This document shows positions 42,101 to 52,640 of a stretch of DNA of 64,000 bases, in pieces. The position numbers and the translations under genes are program-made. The notes beneath the pieces are model-generated. The model searched no databases. It was given only the letters and a program-made list of their open reading frames with translations, and had not been told where the DNA came from. The number at the start of each line of letters is the position of its first letter. Position 1 is the first letter of the stretch. Source of the DNA: a virus (Duplodnaviria; Caudoviricetes); the IMG/VR virus record IMGVR_UViG_3300021255_000050, positions 1 through 64,000 of that record. One strand, written 5' to 3'.

Positions 42101-42872
42101 TGAGGTGTTTATTATGACATGGGAAGAACTCACAGAAGCAATGAAACGGGATTGTTATGAATCCTATGTTGCTGAAATCATTTACGAGAACGGAGATAAT
42201 GCGCCACGCTTTACATATGAAGAATGGTGCAAAGAATCTGAGGCATTCGGATTTCCATTATGTGACTGCATATAATGAATGGTCGTGATGTAATGGGCAA
42301 ACCAAAAAGAAAACGGCGACCATCTGTACCACACTGGTGGCTGCTTGGTTCTGATGGTTGCTGGTGGTGTAAGAATCGCAACAACTGCAACCAATGCAAG
42401 ACGATTAAAAACGTAAGCCCTAAAAAGCAAGAGCTGCAGGAAAAAGAACGCTGCAAATTAAGAGGTGATTCATATGAGCCTGGATAAAGCGATTAAGCAT
42501 GGCAAGGAGCACCGCAAACCATACACTGGCAGCAAGGTTTACTTCAGCTCATGCCGCAATCATGGCAGCTGTCCTTGGTGCGAGCGAGACCGCAGACATA
42601 AATTCCGTGACAAACATCCATATGACTTAAAAGAACCTCCGCAAATCTCGAAAAATGCGGAGGTTTATTTAAATAAAGAAGTAAAGGGTGTGAGAAATTG
42701 ATAAGTGGCTTTCCGTACAAATGCATTGAGTGCGTGCACTGTGACGCAGCCAACCATAAGTGCTACCCGGAATCGCGGGACTGCAAGAGCGAATACGATC
42801 TAACTGACGAGGATATATACCAGACATCATATGACCGGTGTGATTTTTACAGCCCGAAACGAAAGGATTAAC

Positions 42873-43157
42873 ATGAAGAAATCAGAGAAGCATCGACTGA
42901 TATGGCGCAAGACGACTGGCAACCGGTGCTCTCACTGTGGGAACATCTGCTACTGTAACAAGACGGTTGACCATGTCGTGCCGAAAGCTGCCGGTGGGAC
43001 GAATGCAATGGACAACCTGATGCCAGTCTGTGAGAAGTGCAATAAGATTCGCGGGGCCGAAGAAGTGAACCCGTGGAAATTCTACAAGTATGCTAAGAAG
43101 GAAGAGATTGCGAGAAGCGTAAGATACAAGAACAACTTTAATAAGCATTGTGTGTAA
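42873..43157 (+). CDS. HNH endonuclease
   Basis: CSHCG...TVDHVVPK..GG.N..DNL.P.C.KCN. Confidence 0.85.
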   Translation: MKKSEKHRLIWRKTTGNRCSHCGNICYCNKTVDHVVPKAAGGTNAMDNLMPVCEKCNKIRGAEEVNPWKFYKYAKKEEIARSVRYKNNFNKHCV

Positions 43158-43165
43158 GGTAGGCG

Positions 43166-43618
43166 ATGCCTATGAATTATATAGGTATAGACCCAGGGAA
43201 AACAGGGGGATATGCTGCGATAATCAATGGGGTTCCAGAGACGCACATCTGGAACTCCGAAGAGTTTATTGTGTGGATCAGGAACATGAAGACACCGGTC
43301 GCGACTTGCCTCGAAGGAGTTCATGCTTTCCCTACAGACCGGGGTTCGGTTTCGACATTTAACTTTGGCAAGAGCGCCGGCTTCATTGAGGGTGTGCTCA
43401 TGTCGTACAACATTCCATACCAGCGGGTGGACCCTCGCAAATGGAAGGGAGAGTTCGGGCTGGACTCTGACAAGCAAAAATCAATCGACCTGTGCAAGCA
43501 ACTGTTCCCGGACGTGTCTCTGCTGCCGAATGATCGCTGTAAAAAAGACTCGGATGGAATGGCTGAAGCGCTGCTCATGGCTGAGTACGCGCGTCGGCAC
43601 TTTATAAATGGCGTATAA
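43166..43618 (+). CDS. RuvC-like Holliday junction resolvase
   Basis: IGIDPG.TG, E.V, F.FG...G, P..WK, DG.AEALLMA. Confidence 0.85.
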   Translation: MPMNYIGIDPGKTGGYAAIINGVPETHIWNSEEFIVWIRNMKTPVATCLEGVHAFPTDRGSVSTFNFGKSAGFIEGVLMSYNIPYQRVDPRKWKGEFGLDSDKQKSIDLCKQLFPDVSLLPNDRCKKDSDGMAEALLMAEYARRHFINGV

Positions 43619-43957
43619 TGGAGAGGTGATTAACCGTCAAGAACCCACCACCTAAAGGTGGCGGGTTTCCGCCACTAAGGAGTTTTAATGAAGGAGTTTA
43701 TTATGTGGATAATTCCTTTAATTCCTTTGATTATTACAGGCAGTTATTTGTTTGCTTATTTCTATTTAAAATAGGAGTTTTGATTATGACTGTAAAAGAA
43801 CTAATTGAATTACTGCAAAAGGAAGACCCAAACGCGCTTGTTTACACGATGGACAATACAGACGATCTTGCCTTTGCTGTCACAGAGATTAGCAGAAATG
43901 TTCTTGTTGGGAAAGATGATACAGTTTTAATACATTAAAATAGCACGGAGGTACTAT

Positions 43958-44452
43958 ATGAACGTTTTTGAGAAGGTAACCTTCAGGCAATTCTACGATG
44001 ACTTCGTGGATTGCTATGGCAATGTGTGTTCTGAAGACTCTGTTCGAGACATTTATGATGGCATCAAGATTCCGCAGCGCTCTACGGCTGAGTCAGCTGG
44101 GTATGATTTCTATTGCCCGTATCAACTCGAAATGAAGAGTCACAAACAGGACACAATCCTCACTGGTATACGCGTGGTCATGGACCCCGGCAATGTGCTG
44201 CTGATTTTCCCGAGGTCTGGACTGGCTACAAAGCATGGCCTCATCCTTGTAAATACAATTCCTGTGATCGATGCGGACTATTACAAGGCAAAGAACGAGG
44301 GCCATATCAAGCTGGTCATGAAGCCTGACGTTGACTACATCATCGGCCAGGACGAGCGCGTTGCACAGGGCATTATCATGCCGTTTGTTACTGCACTGAA
44401 CGGCAACACTGACAACCAGCGCGTTGGCGGCTTCGGGTCTACTGGTGTATGA
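43958..44452 (+). CDS. dut: Trimeric dUTPase
   Basis: SAGYDF, PRSGL, VIDADY, RVAQGI, R.GGFGSTG. Confidence 0.92.
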   Translation: MNVFEKVTFRQFYDDFVDCYGNVCSEDSVRDIYDGIKIPQRSTAESAGYDFYCPYQLEMKSHKQDTILTGIRVVMDPGNVLLIFPRSGLATKHGLILVNTIPVIDADYYKAKNEGHIKLVMKPDVDYIIGQDERVAQGIIMPFVTALNGNTDNQRVGGFGSTGV

Positions 44453-44909
44453 CGATGGCTGAGAAGGTAAAGGAGTGGCTGGCAGCAGCAAGGCACGACA
44501 CAACATACCAGATTGCGTATAGCGCAGCCTATGAGTGGGCTGGCAAGCGAGCTAAAGATTATTCGAAAGACCCTGAAACATTCCTGAACAAAATGGTAAC
44601 TGCAATAAACAGTGAGATCAAAAGAACGGAGCTGCTTGGTGCGGCTGCTACGAAATCATACAAGGACGGCTACGTTATGGCGCTGTCGCGAATCAGACTG
44701 GAGCTTCTTAAATCTTTCTTGGCAGGAGCTGGTGCTGATGACGAGGTATGAACAGATTCGTGGCATGACCGAGAACCAATTGGCAGCTTTTCTTTGCATA
44801 ATCCACGGCATGGACTGCGAACACTGTCCGTTTGGCAAGGAGAAACCAAAGGACTATCCCATGCTCTGCAGCGGATGGTGGTTGATGCAGGAAGTAGGAG
44901 GACAAGACG

Positions 44910-45887
44910 ATGGTCAAACCCCATAAGGTTCACCACTTTACCCATACAGACCTCGACGGCGTAGGCTGCGCATGTATCTCACAGGTTGCACTGGCAAGGC
45001 GCGAAGACGTGGAGCTGGAGGTAAAGTACTGCAACTATTCAGACATAGACAATGAAGTAAACAAGCTGCTTGATGACCTCGAAGAGCACAGGAAGATCGA
45101 AAGCTACGAAGCTTTCCGCAAGCACACCATCCTCATCACTGATCTGTCAGTAAATGAGGAGACTGCGAAGCGCCTTGATGCTTATAACGACAAAGATACC
45201 GTTGTTATGCTGGACCACCACAAGCTGCCTGACAGCATGAGGGTGCGTAACTGGGCTGTAGTCGCAGATAACGGAGAGGAAAGCGGGACCTCGCTTACTT
45301 TCAGATACTTCTATGGCAACCAGATACAGGGGCTGCAGGGCATCATCGACTTCGTAGAAAATGTTACACTTTACGACAACTGGAAGTTCGACCCCGAAGT
45401 CCGCAGCCGGCCGCAGGACTTTAACAAGTACATGTATACCTTTGGCCGCAAGTATTTCGTGAACTATATCACTGACCAGCTGACACTCTTCCCGAACACG
45501 GGCGTAGACCTCGACGATGAACTGCTCGAAGCGCTGTATGACCGCGACGAAGCGTACATCAAGGCGGTATCCCGCAAGGCAAAGCCTGTTACTTACAACG
45601 GGCTGCACGGAATGTATGTCTTTGCTGAGCAGCAGGTGTCTCGCATGGGTCACAGGATTTTGATTGAGAATCCAACCATTGATTTCGCAGTCATCATCCT
45701 CGCACCGGGCAATGTTTCGCTTCGGTCAAGGGATGACGGCGATATTGACGTGGCCGAAATCGCGAAGCACTTTGGCGGCGGTGGTCATACGCACGCAGCA
45801 GGCTACCAGCTGGCCGAACCATACACATTTACCATGGAGGATAACGATGAGAAAGCTTGCATCGATCCAGAAGATTCTCGAGCTTAA
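44910..45887 (+). CDS. DHH/DHHA1 phosphoesterase (NrnB-like)
   Basis: HTDLDG, ITDLS, LDHH, SLRS, GGGGH..AAG. Confidence 0.85.
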   Translation: MVKPHKVHHFTHTDLDGVGCACISQVALARREDVELEVKYCNYSDIDNEVNKLLDDLEEHRKIESYEAFRKHTILITDLSVNEETAKRLDAYNDKDTVVMLDHHKLPDSMRVRNWAVVADNGEESGTSLTFRYFYGNQIQGLQGIIDFVENVTLYDNWKFDPEVRSRPQDFNKYMYTFGRKYFVNYITDQLTLFPNTGVDLDDELLEALYDRDEAYIKAVSRKAKPVTYNGLHGMYVFAEQQVSRMGHRILIENPTIDFAVIILAPGNVSLRSRDDGDIDVAEIAKHFGGGGHTHAAGYQLAEPYTFTMEDNDEKACIDPEDSRA

Positions 45888-46932
45888 CCCCATTCCGGGG
45901 AAAGACCGGATTGAGCTGGCCACGATCGAGGGCTGGCATGTAATCGTCGCAAAAGACGAGTTTAAAGTGAATGATCTCTGCGTCTACTGCGAGATTGATT
46001 CAGTCTTGCCGGAGCGTGAAGAGTTTAAAGTTCTTGAGCGGACCAAATACCGCGTGAAAACCCTGAAGCTTGGGGGAGTTATAAGTCAGGGCATCGTGTT
46101 TCCCTTATCTGTGCTGCCGAAACCTGCGGATAAGTACAGCGAAGGGGACGACGTCACGGATGAACTTGGCGTAACGAAGTATGACCCCGAACCTGAGGCT
46201 GAGCCGATGGAAAGGAAGCCCAAACAGAAGAAGTGGTATGAAAACACTTTCCTGATGAGGTTCGCGTGGTTCCGAAAGCTGCTCAAGAAGCATACATCAT
46301 CTGCTGATTTCCCTACTGAGTACGTCAAGAAGACTGACGAAGTGCGAATCCAGAATGCGCCGTGGTTCCTGAAGGAAAACATTAAGCAGCCATGGATTCT
46401 CACAGAGAAAGTTGACGGAACCTCCGGGACTTTCCTCCTTGTGCAGCACAAACGGAAGCTTGAGTACTTTGTTTGCTCGCGAAACCGCCGGATAGTCGAA
46501 CCAGATGATTCGATTTACTGGAAAGTGAGCGAAAAGTACGGGCTGCAGGAAGTTCTTGCCAAGATTATGAAAGGCACCGGCCAGAACTGGGCGTGCATTC
46601 AGGGTGAATGTATTGGTCCCGGTGTACAAAAGAACAAGTACATGCGACATGATTGCGAATTCTACGCATTCAATGTGATTTGTGGTGACCGCGGCCTGAT
46701 GAACTCCCTTGATGCGAAGGAGTTGCTGCTCACCTACGACGTGCCGTTCGTGCCGATCGTAGATGTAGCTGAAGTGCTGCCGGAAACTGTGGATGATATG
46801 CTCGCGAAAGCTCACGGTAAGTCGAAATTGTGTAAGGATACGCTGCGAGAAGGACTTGTATGTCGTAGTTGGGATGCCAGAAAGTCTTTCAAAGCTGTAG
46901 ATCCGCAATTCCTTATTAAGTGGGATGAGTAA
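45847..46932 (+). CDS. RNA ligase, DRB0094 family
   Basis: MRKLASIQKI N-terminus, EIDS.LP, ISQG, KTDE.RIQN, TEKVDGTS (motif I), QGE..GPG.Q.N, REG.V, SFKA. Confidence 0.85.
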   Translation: MRKLASIQKILELNPIPGKDRIELATIEGWHVIVAKDEFKVNDLCVYCEIDSVLPEREEFKVLERTKYRVKTLKLGGVISQGIVFPLSVLPKPADKYSEGDDVTDELGVTKYDPEPEAEPMERKPKQKKWYENTFLMRFAWFRKLLKKHTSSADFPTEYVKKTDEVRIQNAPWFLKENIKQPWILTEKVDGTSGTFLLVQHKRKLEYFVCSRNRRIVEPDDSIYWKVSEKYGLQEVLAKIMKGTGQNWACIQGECIGPGVQKNKYMRHDCEFYAFNVICGDRGLMNSLDAKELLLTYDVPFVPIVDVAEVLPETVDDMLAKAHGKSKLCKDTLREGLVCRSWDARKSFKAVDPQFLIKWDE

Positions 46933-47087
46933 AATGGCAAAAGGCACTCTGAATGTAAACAGCGTGAATAACTACATGGCTGGTTACGAATGGGACGACG
47001 ATGACGATCTAACTCAGGAAGAGGACGAACATGAGGACCTTGACTATGAGGTGGATGAAAATGGTCTAGTAATAGTAAAGGATTGAT

Positions 47088-47444
47088 TTGATGGAAAAAG
47101 TGTACGTTGTAATGGCTCGGTTCGAAGAGGAATACCTGCCGCTGAAGGTTTTTTCTGACAGAGATGATGCTGAAAAGTTCATCGAGGTCATGATGTACGA
47201 AGCCGGCGAGGCTGGCTATGTGTACGTCAAGGAAGTACCCTTCAATGACATTACGTTTGAAGAAGAAGAGTACAATGATGACGATGACGACGAAGATGAA
47301 GACGATGATGATGAAGAAAAAGAAGATAGCGAAGACGAAGAAGACGGCGATGAAGATGGCGATGATGCTATCTGGAATTACCTGAGATTTATGCATGCAT
47401 ATTGCGAGCTGATGGACTCGCTTGAAAAAGTAAAGGAAGATTAA
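47088..47444 (+). CDS. Highly acidic protein
   Basis: ~35-aa nearly pure D/E run. Confidence 0.6.
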   Translation: MMEKVYVVMARFEEEYLPLKVFSDRDDAEKFIEVMMYEAGEAGYVYVKEVPFNDITFEEEEYNDDDDDEDEDDDDEEKEDSEDEEDGDEDGDDAIWNYLRFMHAYCELMDSLEKVKED

Positions 47445-48456
47445 ATGGATACTGGATTCTGCACATATAACGACAACACATGGGAGGTTTCCTCTGACGA
47501 GCGCAAGTGGATCAACAAAATCCTGAAGCTCGCCGAGGACCACCCGGACGAAGTTAAGATCACACAGCAGCCGGAATCGAACTACGGTATGATCGTAGCT
47601 CACATCCCTGCGAGCTGGTTCAAGATCATGCCGCCTCGCAAGCTCAACCTCACAGAAGAACAGCGCAGCCAGATGGCCGAACGCCTTAAGGCAGGAAGGG
47701 AAAAGTTATGATGAAGATGTCGAAGATTAAGAAGGTTTGTGTCAAGCGTGAAAGCATCCAGATGATCACTCCACTGATTCCTGAGAACATGGTCCAGCAG
47801 TGGGTTGGTGCATCAAGCTGCGTATTCTTCCCGATTGCGAAAACGCAGATGACGCCTGCCGAGCTTGGCCAGTTCTGGGATATTACTGCGGATAAAGTCC
47901 AGGCTTATGTGAATGACAAGCCTGACGAGCAGCTGGCCCCGGCGCTTTCGAGAGTGCCGGTGATGGCAAGCGCAGATAAGCCCATGGACCTGTATGATTT
48001 CGGCGATATCTACGTCCTGCATGACACCAGGAACAACAAGACATACATGGTTAGCGCGGCTGATGTGGAACCCTGCATGGGTAACGAAATGCCGGCGTTT
48101 GTACCACTGCCTGACTTCGAGTTCTTCGCAGACTGGCTGGGCGTGTACGTGGATGGCAAGCTGTGCGAGGTCGTGAAGTGTGTGGATGAGCCTGTGAAGA
48201 GAAGAATCTATACGATCATGAACAAGCTGTCTACGGTGGATGGTTTGGTTTCGTAAATAAGGGGTGATTCCATGTTCTCATGGAGTCAGTTTTGTGTTAT
48301 AGCGCTCATGGTCATCGCAGCTGTTGTTTCTTATCGGCAGTATAAGAAAGATAAGAACAAAGATGCGCTGACCTGGGCGCTGATTTTTTCATATTGGGTT
48401 GTTCTTACGATAAAGAACTTATGTGACTTCATACACATATAAAGGACGTGACCTAC

Positions 48457-50917
48457 ATGCAGTATGTATATAAAAGAGATGGAAAGAAGCAAGCTTTTGA
48501 CTCTAATAAAATCATAACTGCAATCACAAAATCCATGGAATCGACGGGCGATATAGATGAAGCGCTCGCCAAGCATATAGCTGACAAGATATCAGAGATA
48601 CCAGACAACATGAACGTAGAAGATATCCAAAACCTTGTTGAACAACACCTGATGGATAGCGATAGGAAGGATGTAGCGAAAGCTTACATCATTTACAGAG
48701 CTGAAAGAACCAGGATAAGGCAGAAGAACAGCGCAATCATGAAGCTGTTTGCCGAGAAGCTGACCGCAAAGAACATCGAGAACCAGAATGCAAACGTGGA
48801 TGAAGCGTCTTTCGGCGGCAGAATCGGCGAGGCTGCTGATGCTATGATGACGCAGTATGCCCTTGACAACTGCATGACCGAGAAGTCTCGCAGGAACCAT
48901 GAAGAGAACAGGATTTACATCCACGACAGGAACAGGTATGCCGTTGGTCAGCATAATTGTCTAACTATTCCTTTCGATGATCTGCTGGCCAATGGTTTCA
49001 ATACAAGACAGACGGATGTGCGCCCCGCAAACTCTATCAACACAGCCTTCCAACTGTTGGCTGTTATCTTTCAGCTTCAATCTCTGCAGCAGTTTGGTGG
49101 TGTTGCCGCTGGCCATCTTGACTGGACCATGGTTCCGTATGTGAAGAAGAGTTTTTACAAGCACTTTCAGGATGCGCTGAAGTATATTGGTACTGATGAA
49201 GATAGGGAACTGTATCAGTATGCGAAGCCAACGTGGAGTATTGATGAATACCCTGTCAGTGCTGGCAATAAGCTATTTGATTATTCCATGAACATGACGC
49301 TCAAGGAATTGAAGCAGGCTGTTGAAGCGCTTTACCATAATCTCAATACTCTGCAGTCCCGCAGTGGCAACCAGCTGCCATTCAGCTCCATTAACTACGG
49401 CACATGCACGCTGCCTGAAGGAAGAATGGTAACGAAGGCTCTGCTTGAAGGTCTTATCAATGGCGTTGGTAAGCTGCACAAGACATCCATCTTCCCTTGT
49501 GGAATCTTCCAGTACAAGAAGTTTGTTAATGATAAGCCAGGAACCCCGAACTATGATCTTTTCAGGCTGGCACTGAAGGCTACATCTATGAGACTGTATC
49601 CGAACTACGCGAACTGCGATTGGTCAGGCAATGATGGCTATGATCCGAATGATCCTCGCACGTACTTCGCTACAATGGGATGCCGTACAGCAAATGGCTG
49701 GGATATAAACGGTTTCGGCCAGCTGAAAGACGGACGAGGAAACATCTGTCCTGTAACAATCATTCTGCCGACTGTAGCAATGGAAGCTACCGAGTATGCA
49801 GAAGAACACAATCTGGATAAGGTCGAGTACTTTATGACTTATCTTGCCAACGTAATCGAAGATGCGAAGGATATGCTTATTGAACGGTTTGAATATATCT
49901 GTTCGCAACCGCCTGAGTCTGCTAAGTTTATGTACGAGAACGGCGTTATGGCTGGATATATTCCTGAAGAAGGCACACGGTCGGCACTCAAGCATGGCAC
50001 ACTCGCTATGGGCCAACTCGGTCTTGCTGAAACGCTGCAGATTCTCATCGGTTGCAACCATACAGAGCCGAGAGGTATGGATTTGGCAAAGAGAATCGAG
50101 CAACTGTTCGCCGCCAAGTGCAAAGCATACAAAGAAAACTATAAGCTAAATATAGGCGTTTACTATTCACCATCCGAAAACCTATGTTACACAGCCATGA
50201 ATAAATTCAAAGACAGATATGGTGAGATCAAGAACGTCAGCGACCGTGCATACTTCACAAACAGCATGCATATTCCTGTATGGGAAAAGATCGGAGCATT
50301 CCAGAAGATTGATCTTGAATCTCAGCTTACAGGCTACTCAAGCGCCGGCTGTATTACATATATCGAGCTTGAAAGTTCTGTGAAGAATAACATTGATGCA
50401 ATTGAAACGTATGTCACCTATGCAATGGAGCATGACATTCCGTACTTTGCAATAAACGTTCCGAATGACACATGCCTTGAATGTGGATACACAGATGAAT
50501 TCAACGATAGATGTCCGGTGTGTGGCTCAACAAAAATACAAAGACTGCGGCGTGTTACTGGGTAGAATTATGCCCCTCTTAACAGTGATGTTTAGAGCAA
50601 ACCTCTTTAATTGCTGGAAACTCCTGCAAAGGATAATCAGCAGCCAAGTCTCGTAAGAGAAAGGTTCAACGACCATCCCGCAAGGGAGTAGGATCAAGTG
50701 ATCCGAAATGGGAGGCGGCTCAACAGAGTCGATGATATGGTCTGATCTCTGCAGCAATGTAGAGCTGTCGAAAGACGCATATGTAGTAACGAAACATATG
50801 GAACATAATGATCTCAGCGCCGACTATACCACATCGTTTAATCCAGGAAAACAAGCAGAAGTAAAGGATCGAATAAAGCATACAACATATGCAAGCTTCA
50901 AGGACAATATTTCCTAA
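48457..50917 (+). CDS. nrdD: Anaerobic ribonucleoside-triphosphate reductase (exons 48457-50563 and 50811-50917)
   Basis: ATP cone (KRDG...FD..KI), HNC, MGCRT, C..CG...CP.CG, spliced glycyl-radical motif RVTG^YL. Confidence 0.92.
50564..50810 (+). ncRNA. Group I intron in nrdD (247 nt, no ORF)
   Basis: P1 GGGT/GCCC; TTGCTGGAAACTC, AATCAGCAG, TTCAACGACCA, ATGATATGGTC core elements; ends in G; restores T^AT (Tyr). Confidence 0.9.
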
Positions 50918-51446
50918 CTTATCCGGCATAGTTTACGAGAGCATCGTTGATGGTCCAGGAGTAAGGACTGCTATATTTCTTAGCGGATGCAATCATAACT
51001 GTGCCGGATGTCATAATCCTGAGACACACAATCCTAACTTCGGCTTTCAATTGGTAGAAGAAGATATCATACAAATCGCAGACAATATTGTCAAAAGTCC
51101 ATACATATCCGGCATTACTCTGACTGGTGGCGACCCGCTATTCTGGCCGCAGAATACCCTTAACCTTCTTAAGTATCTGCTTTTCTACATCATTAAGAAG
51201 GACAACAACTGGGTGCAGGAAAGGAAATCACCGATCTGGATTTATACAGGATATATTTATGAGAACATCAACAAAGATGATAACGATATGGATGACGTTC
51301 TTCACATGGCTAATGTATTAGTTGACGGACCTTTCATCCAGAAGCTTGCTGATAGAACGCTGGCATTCAGAGGATCGTCAAACCAAAGGATAATCGATCT
51401 AAGAGAAACTAGAAAGAACAGGGAAGTCGTATTATGGCAGCCCTAA
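50889..51446 (+). CDS. nrdG: Anaerobic RNR activating enzyme
   Basis: ESIVDGPG.R, GC.H.C.GCHN, TGGDP, VDG.F, RGSSNQR. Confidence 0.92.
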   Translation: MQASRTIFPNLSGIVYESIVDGPGVRTAIFLSGCNHNCAGCHNPETHNPNFGFQLVEEDIIQIADNIVKSPYISGITLTGGDPLFWPQNTLNLLKYLLFYIIKKDNNWVQERKSPIWIYTGYIYENINKDDNDMDDVLHMANVLVDGPFIQKLADRTLAFRGSSNQRIIDLRETRKNREVVLWQP

Positions 51447-51460
51447 AATGGAGGAACATA

Positions 51461-51802
51461 ATGGACCACAATATTATGTTTGGTGTCATGCCCGATGCGC
51501 CCGTCGAAACCAACGCCAGAGGTGGCAAGCAGTCCTCGTCGCCCTATGCTTTCGAGCTGCTGCCGATCACCTCTATGTTTGCTGCAGCAAAGGTAGCCCG
51601 TGAAGGCGCGACTAAGTACGGCGAAACATTCGGCGACCGCAACTACACCAAGATCCCCTCGACGGACCACATTAACCACGCTATCGCCCATCTGTACGCA
51701 CACCTCGCCGGCGACACCAGCGACGAGCACCTTGCCCACGCGATCGTGCGCCTGCTGTTTGCGTATGATTGCTGGAAGGATGAAACGGATGTACCTGTAT
51801 AA
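51461..51802 (+). CDS. dATP/dGTP diphosphohydrolase-like domain protein (DUF5664-like)
   Basis: LLP....A.V...GA.KYG...N.....H..HA..HL......EHLAHA. Confidence 0.6.
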   Translation: MDHNIMFGVMPDAPVETNARGGKQSSSPYAFELLPITSMFAAAKVAREGATKYGETFGDRNYTKIPSTDHINHAIAHLYAHLAGDTSDEHLAHAIVRLLFAYDCWKDETDVPV

Positions 51803-52050
51803 GTACTACGGTGCGTTCGGCGAGAAGCTCGCAGACGATGAGTATACGCTCATCGACAAAGATATAGCTGCAGAAGATGCGCTTCACGCAGTTTATGATG
51901 ACCTCGGTTTCACCCCGCGCTACGTTCGAACAACAGAGCCGGACGAGCAGGGTGTAACCTACTTTGATTATGGTTCACACACAACATTCTATGTGCTACT
52001 CCCACGGCCGTGGGAGTTGTGTTAATCACGGCGCCCTCGTGGCGCCACAT

Positions 52051-52126
52051 GCAAGCGTAGCTCAGTGGTGAGAGCAGGTTCCTTATAAGTGCCGTGCCGC
52101 TGGTTCGATTCCAGCCGCTTGTACCA
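52051..52126 (+). tRNA. tRNA-Ile(TAT)
   Basis: GCAAGCG/CGCTTGT acceptor, GCTC/GAGC D-stem, CT-TAT-AA loop, TTCGATT T-loop, encoded CCA. Confidence 0.8.
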
Positions 52127-52195
52127 GGGCGTGGTGGTAGTTCAGACAGGTAGAACACTCGTAGATGACGGTTCAACCCCGTCCCGCCTCGCCCA
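52127..52195 (+). ncRNA. tRNA-like RNA lacking the anticodon arm
   Basis: ~11-bp terminal stem, GTTC/GAAC D-arm, GACGG-TTCAACC-CCGTC T-arm, only 10 nt between D and T arms. Confidence 0.6.
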
Positions 52196-52198
52196 TAT

Positions 52199-52273
52199 GC
52201 AGACATAACTCAATGGATAGAGAAAAGGTAGCGATCGCTACCTTATATGCGGGTTCGACTACTGCTGTCTGCC
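52199..52273 (+). ncRNA. tRNA-like RNA with palindromic anticodon arm
   Basis: GCAGACA/TGTCTGC acceptor, D and T arms; anticodon region is the perfect palindrome AAGGTAGCGATCGCTACCTT. Confidence 0.6.
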
Positions 52274-52356
52274 ATGGGATCGGTGCGCTTTATGTCAATC
52301 TAACCAAGCAAAACAGCAAAGACATGTGGCAGCCGGGAACGAGACCGGCAAAACAT

Positions 52357-52430
52357 TGGGGATTAGTATATTGGCTTGATTACACCCGGCTTTGAACCGG
52401 GTAAGAGTGGATCGTAACCACTATCCCCAG
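52357..52430 (+). tRNA. tRNA-Gln(TTG), divergent T-loop
   Basis: TGGGGAT/ATCCCCA acceptor; CCCGG-CTTTGAA-CCGGG; T-loop ATCGTAA. Confidence 0.7.
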
Positions 52431-52454
52431 CTTTTCATGAAAGGATGTGAGACT

Positions 52455-52640
52455 ATGGACCTCGACAAGCTGAATGAGAAGCTCGAACCTTGCCCATTCT
52501 GCGGAGAACTGGCTGGAGTCGGCATCCTTGGCGGCAAATTCTTCATCGCATGCACGCATTGCCCTGCTTGCTTCCCACCAAACGGCATGGAACTGGAGGA
52601 ATTAATCAAATGTTGGAACGAAAGAGCAAAAGATACGTGA
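52455..52640 (+). CDS. Lar-family (restriction alleviation-like) zinc protein
   Basis: L.PCPFCG...C..C...WN.R. Confidence 0.65.
   Translation: MDLDKLNEKLEPCPFCGELAGVGILGGKFFIACTHCPACFPPNGMELEELIKCWNERAKDT

Noticed and set aside
42873-43157. HNH as a trans-acting homing endonuclease for the ORF-less introns
   Set aside because: It is small, lacks an obvious DNA-binding domain and is far from all three introns; nothing in the sequence links them.
17199-50917. RNAP, dnaE and nrdD as pseudogenes, or as evidence of stop-codon recoding
   Set aside because: The three breaks use different stops (TAA, TGA, TAG), and each coincides with a group I intron whose removal restores the frame and catalytic motif.
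51461-51802. Evidence for a 2-aminoadenine (Z) genome
   Set aside because: No PurZ or DatZ is recognisable in the window; this domain alone is insufficient.
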